Source: Leptolyngbyaceae cyanobacterium M33_DOE_097 (GTDB lineage: Bacteria; Cyanobacteriota; Cyanobacteriia; Leptolyngbyales; Leptolyngbyaceae). Taken from it: a stretch of 64,000 nucleotides of DNA. The stretch's first letter is position 1. Each line of letters opens with the position of its first letter. Below are positions 57,276-64,000 of the stretch, one piece after another. The stretch lies in contig DVDV01000099.1 of assembly GCA_015296075.1 (NCBI GenBank), positions 26,446 through 90,445 on the forward strand, written 5' to 3'. Made by a program: the position numbers and the translations under genes. Under the pieces are notes generated by a model that worked only from the letters and a program-made list of their open reading frames with translations, was not told where the DNA came from and did no database searches.

Positions 57276-58688
57276 TTGCGAAAAATCGGTTTCAACTCAT
57301 CCATCTGGCAAGCTAAAAAGTCTTGGCGGTATGGTTTAGTCGCTGTCCTTAGTTGTGTGGTGTTAGCAATTGGGGGCGATCGCCCGTCTACCTCTGCTCC
57401 CGCTTCTATAAATAACTCCAACTCGGCTAATCAAATGGAACTGCCGTCAAATCTCAACCTCAACAAAACGCTTATGGTTGGCACAGATGTTGCGGCTTGG
57501 TTTCTCTTTGATCCACAGGCGTTGGCTCACCGCGAGCAAGATCCCTGTGACTGGTGGACACACGATTTTGCAATTCGTAAGGAGTTGGCAGCAGGCAACC
57601 TGCTTGCTGTTGATACCGGGAGCGATGGTGGCTTTAAGGTCCGCTTCTCAACGGAGGGCTTGAGCGATCGCGAACGGGCTTATGTAAGGTACTCCAGAGA
57701 GTTTCGCTTACGTACTTTAAGCGGAAAATTGTATTTTGACGGAGGGTATGCTCTCTCTTGCGACGACCCGACGAGCAAACCAGAGGAGGATCCAGAAAAT
57801 TGGGTCGAGCTTGCAAAGGGTGACTATCGAGCTACTGTTCACACCATTGACTGGTACGAAGAGCCTGGTTCAGTAGATAGTGAAGGTACCGGTACGGAAA
57901 CATCTTTACCTGCCTACGTTGTAGTTCTTGAGTCGGTTCCCAGTCTGGAATTAATTTCGCCGCCTGCCATAATTCCTCGCATGGAGCCAGACCTCTATTC
58001 TGAGGAGCCGTATAATTTCTCAGAAGAATCAGAAGAAATAGAGGAAACACCATTAAAGCGAGAATATGCATTATTTATTCGGAATGAAACTATCTTTCCT
58101 AAAGCAAAGATCGATGAAATACCCATCTCAAAAAATGAATTTCAGCAACTCGACTTTTCTTCTCAAAAAATTACAGCCGAAAACGTACTAGAAATTCTCA
58201 GTCGGTCGGTAGTTATCAGTCCGTCTAATCATCCGCAGCAGATTGCAACCTTATTCGGAGTGGTTACACTTAGCGCTAGCAACTCTATTCAAGTTTTAGG
58301 CGAAGACAGGTTTGTTGACTCTTGGAGCTACTCAATGGATGGCCACGGAGAGCAGCGCGTTCAGATTATTCGCAGCTTCAAACGCAATGGTGTTGATTGG
58401 GTTGAAGTCAAACCTTACACGCCTCAATCGGAACCTGTTCCAGACACCTTGGTGCAACAGCTCAAGCAACTGTTTGCCAACTACGCTGCTACTAGCCCAA
58501 GCTATCCCAAACGCATCAAGTATGCTCACTTTTATGCTGAGCGCATGGAGTCATTGACTGAGGCTTCTGAAATTGCCTGGTTGGTTGCTAACGCTTTAGA
58601 CCTTGCGCCTGAGATCCAGCGTGAGTTACTTTCTCTGCCTGAAAAGGAATTAGTTGAACGGCTGATTGCCCTGCTCGAAGCGATTTGA
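57276..58688 (+). CDS. Hypothetical protein (470 aa from TTG 57276; 417 aa from ATG 57435)
   Basis: Long ORF with coding-like composition and no recognised motif. The hydrophobic segment YGLVAVLSCVVLAIGG is present only if the TTG start is used. Acidic stretch EEPYNFSEESEEIEE. Confidence 0.6.
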   Translation: MRKIGFNSSIWQAKKSWRYGLVAVLSCVVLAIGGDRPSTSAPASINNSNSANQMELPSNLNLNKTLMVGTDVAAWFLFDPQALAHREQDPCDWWTHDFAIRKELAAGNLLAVDTGSDGGFKVRFSTEGLSDRERAYVRYSREFRLRTLSGKLYFDGGYALSCDDPTSKPEEDPENWVELAKGDYRATVHTIDWYEEPGSVDSEGTGTETSLPAYVVVLESVPSLELISPPAIIPRMEPDLYSEEPYNFSEESEEIEETPLKREYALFIRNETIFPKAKIDEIPISKNEFQQLDFSSQKITAENVLEILSRSVVISPSNHPQQIATLFGVVTLSASNSIQVLGEDRFVDSWSYSMDGHGEQRVQIIRSFKRNGVDWVEVKPYTPQSEPVPDTLVQQLKQLFANYAATSPSYPKRIKYAHFYAERMESLTEASEIAWLVANALDLAPEIQRELLSLPEKELVERLIALLEAI

Positions 58689-59102
58689 GACCGTTTTGCA
58701 GAACCTTAGAGATCGCCCCGCTGATTGTAAAGAAACATATCGGCCACTTGTCTGAGTGACCATCTTTTGCATTGCATTTTATTGGGTTCGCTGTCGTCCT
58801 TGTAACTAAAGCACACCTTTATATTCAATTAATAATCATTATTTATTTAACTAAACAGAAGAACTGAAGTCGCGCTTATCACAATCCTGATATTATTCTG
58901 TATGAGCTTGTCCTACAGTATTTAAGGGGTTAAGCGAAGCTCACACTCAATGGGTTCGTTTATTGGAGCTTTCAAGCAACATTCCCAAATTGATATAGGG
59001 CATATGTAGAAATTTCAGAAATGCTTAGATGAATGGTTTAAGCCTTTCTGAGATGCGTGCGATCGCGAAGTTTTTCACGATTTCAAACAGGAAGGGAGAT
59101 TT

Positions 59103-60533
59103 ATGTCATACGCGCAAACTAAAACTCAGAGCAAATCTGGGTATCAGGCTGGGGTTAAGGATTACAAACTGACTTACTACACCCCAGACTACACGCCGAA
59201 GGATACCGACATCCTGGCAGCGTTCCGGGTTACACCTCAGCCCGGTGTTCCTTTTGAAGAAGCGGGTGCTGCGGTAGCGGCTGAGTCTTCCACCGGTACT
59301 TGGACAACTGTGTGGACAGACCTGTTGACTGACCTCGATCGCTACAAGGGACGCTGCTACGATATCGAGCCAGTTCCCGGCGAAGATAACCAATTTATCG
59401 CCTACATTGCCTATCCTCTCGATCTGTTTGAGGAAGGGTCTGTAACCAACATGCTGACCTCCATCGTTGGTAACGTGTTTGGTTTCAAAGCTCTGAAAGC
59501 TCTACGTCTGGAAGACCTGCGGATTCCGGTTGCTTACCTGAAGACCTTCCAAGGCCCTCCCCACGGTATCCAAGTTGAGCGCGACAAGATTAATAAGTAT
59601 GGTCGTCCTCTGTTGGGTTGCACCATCAAGCCCAAGCTCGGTCTGTCTGCTAAGAACTATGGCCGTGCCGTTTATGAGTGTCTGCGGGGTGGTCTAGACT
59701 TCACCAAAGATGACGAAAACATCAACTCCCAGCCGTTCCAACGCTGGCGCGATCGCTTCCTGTTTGTGGCTGATGCAATCCATAAGTCTCAAGCAGAAAC
59801 GGGCGAAATCAAGGGCCACTACCTCAACGTGACTGCTGCAACCTGCGAAGACATGCTGAAGCGGGCTGAGTTTGCGAAAGAACTCGGAATGCCCATCATC
59901 ATGCATGACTTTTTGACAGCTGGCTTCACTGCCAACACAACTCTGTCGAAGTGGTGTCGCGACAACGGTGTGCTGCTGCACATTCACCGTGCAATGCACG
60001 CAGTGATCGACCGTCAAAAGAACCACGGGATGCACTTCCGCGTTCTGGCGAAGTGCTTGCGGATGTCGGGTGGAGACCACATTCACACCGGAACTGTCGT
60101 CGGTAAGCTTGAGGGTGACAAAGCCGTAACCCTCGGTTTCGTAGACCTCCTTCGCGAAAACTACGTTGAGCAAGACCGCTCGAAGGGTATCTACTTCACC
60201 CAAGACTGGGCTTCCATGCCTGGTGTAATGGCTGTGGCTTCTGGTGGTATCCACGTATGGCACATGCCTGCTCTGGTAGAAATCTTTGGCGACGACTCTG
60301 TTCTCCAGTTTGGTGGTGGTACTCTGGGTCACCCCTGGGGTAATGCGCCGGGCGCAACTGCTAACCGGGTTGCTCTGGAAGCTTGCGTTCAAGCTCGTAA
60401 CGAAGGTCGTGACCTGATGCGTGAAGGTGGCGACATCATTCGTGAAGCTTGCCGCTGGTCACCTGAGTTGGCAACTGCTTGCGAACTGTGGAAGGAAATC
60501 AAGTTCGAGTTTGAAGCTCAGGACACCATCTAA
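59103..60533 (+). CDS. rbcL: RuBisCO large subunit (Form IB)
   Basis: 476 aa. [25 protein letters not shown], and [15 protein letters not shown]. Confidence 0.99.
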   Translation: MSYAQTKTQSKSGYQAGVKDYKLTYYTPDYTPKDTDILAAFRVTPQPGVPFEEAGAAVAAESSTGTWTTVWTDLLTDLDRYKGRCYDIEPVPGEDNQFIAYIAYPLDLFEEGSVTNMLTSIVGNVFGFKALKALRLEDLRIPVAYLKTFQGPPHGIQVERDKINKYGRPLLGCTIKPKLGLSAKNYGRAVYECLRGGLDFTKDDENINSQPFQRWRDRFLFVADAIHKSQAETGEIKGHYLNVTAATCEDMLKRAEFAKELGMPIIMHDFLTAGFTANTTLSKWCRDNGVLLHIHRAMHAVIDRQKNHGMHFRVLAKCLRMSGGDHIHTGTVVGKLEGDKAVTLGFVDLLRENYVEQDRSKGIYFTQDWASMPGVMAVASGGIHVWHMPALVEIFGDDSVLQFGGGTLGHPWGNAPGATANRVALEACVQARNEGRDLMREGGDIIREACRWSPELATACELWKEIKFEFEAQDTI

Positions 60534-60610
60534 TTTCAGGCGACGGGCAAAAGTAGAAAGTAAAAAGTTAATTTCTTTTGCCTTTACCTTTTTACTTTTG
60601 CCTCCCCCTT

Positions 60611-61000
60611 ATGGATCTGAAGCAGATTGCGAAAGATACAACCAAAACCCTGGTCAGCTACATGACTTATCAGGCGTTGCGAGTTGTGATTGCCCAACTT
60701 GATGAAACGGAGCCGAAACGGGCTTACTGGTTACGCCAGTTTTCCTACCGAGTCAGCATTCAAAACGGTGAAGCGTTTCTCGAAGCTCTTTTTCAAGAAG
60801 AACAACGACTCGCTTTTCGGTTGCTGACGGTGCGCGAACACATTGCAGAGGAACTTGCTGACTACCTCCCGGAAATGTTGCGGGCAGGCATTCAACAGGC
60901 AAATTTGCACCAGCGTACTCAACAGTTGGAGCGCATGACGCAGATCGATCCGACGGTGGTAGATGAACACCCCGAACAACAAACTCCTTCTGAAGAGTAG
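60611..61000 (+). CDS. rbcX: RuBisCO assembly chaperone RbcX
   Basis: MDLKQIAKDTTKTLVSYMTYQALRVV is the canonical RbcX start, between rbcL and rbcS. The track ORF start at 60578 is rejected. Confidence 0.9.
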   Translation: MDLKQIAKDTTKTLVSYMTYQALRVVIAQLDETEPKRAYWLRQFSYRVSIQNGEAFLEALFQEEQRLAFRLLTVREHIAEELADYLPEMLRAGIQQANLHQRTQQLERMTQIDPTVVDEHPEQQTPSEE

Positions 61001-61086
61001 TTTTTGGTTCTTTATCTGTGGCGATGCCTTAAACCCTTAAGGTGACAGCGCCATGCAACCGCCATTAGTAATCATTGAGGATACCC

Positions 61087-61434
61087 ATGAAGACCTTACC
61101 CAAAGAGCGTCGTTACGAAACCTTTTCTTATCTGCCTGCGCTGACCGATGCTCAAATTGCTCGTCAGATTCAGTACACCATTGAGCAAGGCTACATCCCT
61201 TGCGTCGAGTTCAACGAAAGCTCGGCTGCTGAAATCTACTACTGGACAATGTGGAAGCTGCCTTTGTTCAACTGCTCCTCTCCTCAAGAGGTGCTGAACG
61301 AAGTGCAACAGTGCCGCTCTGAGTACCCCAACTGCTACGTTCGTGTTGTTGCTTTCGACAACATCAAGCAGTGCCAGGTGATGAGCTTCATCGTACACAA
61401 GCCCAATCAAAACAGCGGCGGTTACCGCTACTAA
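61087..61434 (+). CDS. rbcS: RuBisCO small subunit
   Basis: [17 protein letters not shown]...[18 protein letters not shown] 5 nt upstream of ATG 61087. Confidence 0.95.
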   Translation: MKTLPKERRYETFSYLPALTDAQIARQIQYTIEQGYIPCVEFNESSAAEIYYWTMWKLPLFNCSSPQEVLNEVQQCRSEYPNCYVRVVAFDNIKQCQVMSFIVHKPNQNSGGYRY

Positions 61435-61456
61435 TTCTTAGCTAAGGAATTTGAAG

Positions 61457-61487
61457 CAGGGTGAGAGCAATCCACCCTGTTTTTTTT
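61457..61487 (+). terminator. Intrinsic terminator of the rbcLXS operon
   Basis: Stem cagggtg/caccctg (61457-61463 / 61473-61479), 9-nt loop, then T8. Confidence 0.8.
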
Positions 61488-61493
61488 CGCTTG

Positions 61494-61760
61494 AGGGCAA
61501 GCATTTCGGCGATAGGGGCGTTTGGCCAAACGCCCTTACAAAGATTGGCGCGATCGCAATGTTCAGCATTGGTGATGATAGATCTGGTATAGGGCAAGCA
61601 TCCCAGCGGTAGGGGCGTTTGGCCAAACGCCCTTACAGGATTCATGGACCTGATCAGCAACGCTTAAGGTCTTAATTGTCAAACGCCCTTACAGAATTCA
61701 TAGACCTGATCAGCAACGCTTAAGGTTTTAATTCCAAAACGTCCTGACAGGATTCTCCAG
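61494..61760. repeat. Second locus of the gggcgtttggccaaacgccc repeat family, with 56-nt tandem units
   Basis: The 27-mer taggggcgtttggccaaacgcccttac at 61513-61539 and 61610-61636 (97-nt spacing) is identical to the copies at 8661 and 8757. It is followed by about 2.4 tandem 56-nt units (caaacgcccttacagRattcatRgacctgatcagcaacgcttaaggtYttaatt). Confidence 0.85.
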
Positions 61761-61773
61761 TGCATCGCGCGGC

Positions 61774-62778
61774 TTAACCCATTGGTTTCGCTACTTCCTG
61801 TTTGGCAATCCAATCTAAGATCAATTGATTGACCTGCTCAGGTCGCTCATCATGGGGACAGTGCCCCGCATTGTCAATCTCCGCAAAAGTGATTTGCGGG
61901 TTGAGTCGAGCAATCATCGGAGCAAGCTTTGGCGGCACCATGCGGTCTTGTTTGCCCCAGATCAGCAACATTGGAATTTTGAGATTGGGAATCAGCGTTT
62001 TGGCGCTGTAGTCTCGACCACTAACCTTTGGTGATTGAATCATCGCCCGCAAAGCGCTAGCTGCTCCGCGATCGAAGGTGGGGTGCGAGAAAATCTCAAC
62101 CACTTCTTTGGTGATTGCGGCTGAAGTTGCATAGGCTTGACGCGCCCAGATTTTGAGCAGCGCTCGACTGCGAATCACCCGAAACAGCGAGTTAAAGAAA
62201 ATCGGCGACAGAAATAGACAGCTCAGCAGCGAAAAACTGACCTTTTTAATCGGTTGCATCGGCGCGATCGCCTGCTTTAACCAGAGCGGCAGACTCAACA
62301 CTGAAGAATCTGGCAGATTGAGCATGACCATTCCCTGCACCATTTCGGGATAGCGAGCCGCTGCTGCGAGACAGACCAGCGAGCCAATGGAGTTACCAAC
62401 CAGAATGACGGGTTTTTGAATAAAGGTGCGCCAAAAATCGTAAAGCTGCTCTGACCACAACTCTACGTTGTATCCAGCAACCGCCTTTTCTGAGGTGCCA
62501 AACCCCAACATATCTAAGGCATAGACTGGATGCTGCTCGGCCAAAGCGGGAATGTTGTTGCGCCAGGAGGCGATCGAGGCTCCAAACCCATGTACTAATA
62601 GGAAGGGGGCGCGATCGCTGGTTATGTTAGCCGCTCTCAAAAAGGTATAGCGCGTCTGCCAACCTCGCCAAACCCAATCGCGTTGGTTTCCAACTTGCCG
62701 ATGCCAGGAGAAATTTGCTATCACAATAGGGAATTCGAAGAAGGGTGAACGAGTGTCACAAAATATTACAAAGTACAC
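61774..62778 (-). CDS. Alpha/beta-fold hydrolase
   Basis: LLVHGFGAS, nucleophile elbow LVGNSIGS, AGHCPHDE. Start uncertain (GTG 62778 or GTG 62724). Confidence 0.85.
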   Translation of the reverse strand: MYFVIFCDTRSPFFEFPIVIANFSWHRQVGNQRDWVWRGWQTRYTFLRAANITSDRAPFLLVHGFGASIASWRNNIPALAEQHPVYALDMLGFGTSEKAVAGYNVELWSEQLYDFWRTFIQKPVILVGNSIGSLVCLAAAARYPEMVQGMVMLNLPDSSVLSLPLWLKQAIAPMQPIKKVSFSLLSCLFLSPIFFNSLFRVIRSRALLKIWARQAYATSAAITKEVVEIFSHPTFDRGAASALRAMIQSPKVSGRDYSAKTLIPNLKIPMLLIWGKQDRMVPPKLAPMIARLNPQITFAEIDNAGHCPHDERPEQVNQLILDWIAKQEVAKPMG

Positions 62779-63121
62779 TCAGGCACTTCAATTCTAACGA
62801 GTGGAGTTGATATTGAAGAAATCCGCAGTCGATTCGGCCACCTGATTGGAAAGTAGGGGGTTTCTCTCAATGCCTCTTGTCGCCAGTCAGCATCCATAGA
62901 GTGAACTTTATGTTTGCCTCACTTGAATTTTGGTAAGCACTGCTTAGAAATTTAAGCAGACTGGGTAGAATGGCAGGTATTATTCATCCAATTTTCAGTA
63001 AGATAAGTGTTCTCTAGTAATTGACGACGTTTTTAGTCTTTAAGCGACTGCTCTGCTTGGGTCTTAGACCGTGGCTATCTCCTTAGTTGTCAACTTTTAA
63101 CTTGTTACCATCCACTTACGA

Positions 63122-63655
63122 ATGCCAGCGCCAGAAAAACGACCAAACCGAGACCTTCCACCTATCAACGAACGGATTCGTTTTCCCAAATTGCGGGTCA
63201 TTGATGCAGATGGTTCCCAATTAGGAATCCTTTCCCGCGAAGAAGCGTTAAATCTCTCTGATGAGCGAGAGCTAGATTTAGTATTGGTGAGCGATAAAGC
63301 CGACCCGCCCGTTTGCCGCATTATGGACTACGGCAAATATAAGTTTGAGCAAGAGAAGAAAGCGCGGGAAGCGAAGAAGAAGCAGCATACTGTTGACGTG
63401 AAAGAAGTCAAGATGCGCTACAAAATTGAGGAACACGACTACAACGTGCGGATCAATCAGGCCAAGCGATTCCTCAAAGACGGTGATAAAGTCAAGGCCA
63501 CAATTATGTTTCGGGGGCGTGAGATTCAACATAGCGATATGGCAGAAGAACTGCTAAATCGGATGGCGCAAGACTTGCAAGAGTTTGCTGAAATTCAACA
63601 GGCTCCCAAGAAAGAAGGCCGAAATATGATGATGTTGCTCGCGCCAAAACGTTAA
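63122..63655 (+). CDS. infC: Translation initiation factor IF-3
   Basis: [28 protein letters not shown]...[17 protein letters not shown]...VKEVKMR...GREIQH. Confidence 0.95.
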   Translation: MPAPEKRPNRDLPPINERIRFPKLRVIDADGSQLGILSREEALNLSDERELDLVLVSDKADPPVCRIMDYGKYKFEQEKKAREAKKKQHTVDVKEVKMRYKIEEHDYNVRINQAKRFLKDGDKVKATIMFRGREIQHSDMAEELLNRMAQDLQEFAEIQQAPKKEGRNMMMLLAPKR

Positions 63656-63840
63656 TCTGTGCTTCAGTTATGCGAGTTTTTGGCAGGCTTTGGGTAAACT
63701 CTTTGCATTAGATGTGCACCCAAGCTCTAAAATAGCGCCAGCCTGATGCTGTAATTTGTTGATGCGGTTGGCTCTTTGTTCTCTCATTTGAGAGAGTCGC
63801 CGTGCATTATCCATGCTCGGTTCCAATACTCGTTGATTGA

Positions 63841-64000
63841 ATGGACAAGCAAGACCAGAAGGTTCGCAAACAACTTGCCCGACAACGGTTGCTCAAATGG
63901 GTCAATCTGCGCCCCGAAGAGAGCGAACGAACTTTTTTGATGTTTGCATTTTATGCAACGACATCTATTGGTCTTGTTTGGTTGGAGTCAATTACGGTTG
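63841..64000 (+). CDS. Partial CDS (N-terminus only, runs off window end): membrane protein, possibly a nucleotide-transporter/MFS-like family
   Basis: ATG 63841 opens MDKQDQKVRKQLARQRLLKWVNLRPEESERTFLMFAFYATTSIGLVWLESITV with no stop before nt 64000. A TM segment begins at FLMFAFY. The family call is from memory only. Confidence 0.4.
   Translation, partial: MDKQDQKVRKQLARQRLLKWVNLRPEESERTFLMFAFYATTSIGLVWLESITV

Overview
This is a cyanobacterial chromosomal segment. The evidence is a Form IB RuBisCO operon (rbcL-rbcX-rbcS), the cyanophycin genes cphB-cphA, very dense HIP1 palindromes (GCGATCGC), and families typical of cyanobacteria (DUF4278, DUF2808, DUF928). I support about 55 protein genes. 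No rRNA, tRNA, CRISPR array or transposase was found. Housekeeping genes include trmD, pilD, glsA, the lysA-cdaA-uppS operon, rimI, clpC, map, rsfS, infC and the moeB-rhodanese/JAB pair. They are interleaved with many signalling genes: PAS, CHASE2, PP2C, a class III cyclase, GGDEF and response regulators. Main hunt results: (1) An uncharacterised three-gene module at 21.6-27.7 kb, made of a DUF4159-like protein, an Ig-like/TM/WD40 protein and a wHTH/Ig-like/TM/Pro-rich protein. (2) A SiaA/B/C/D-like partner-switch locus at 45.4-51.7 kb, in which a kinase-like/SiaC-like pair sits between an adenylate cyclase and a diguanylate cyclase. Both cyclases carry the same unnamed 53-residue HGD repeat. 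(3) A 1-nt frameshift at the 3' end of the PP2C gene. (4) A palindrome-containing repeat family with an identical 27-mer at two loci (8.6 kb and 61.5 kb) that creates spurious ORFs. (5) A 57-aa DUF4278 gene that the ORF track misses. (6) A tightly coupled operon of a ParA-like ATPase, a glutaminase and an output-less PAS protein. All family assignments come from motif recognition by eye. No database search was run.
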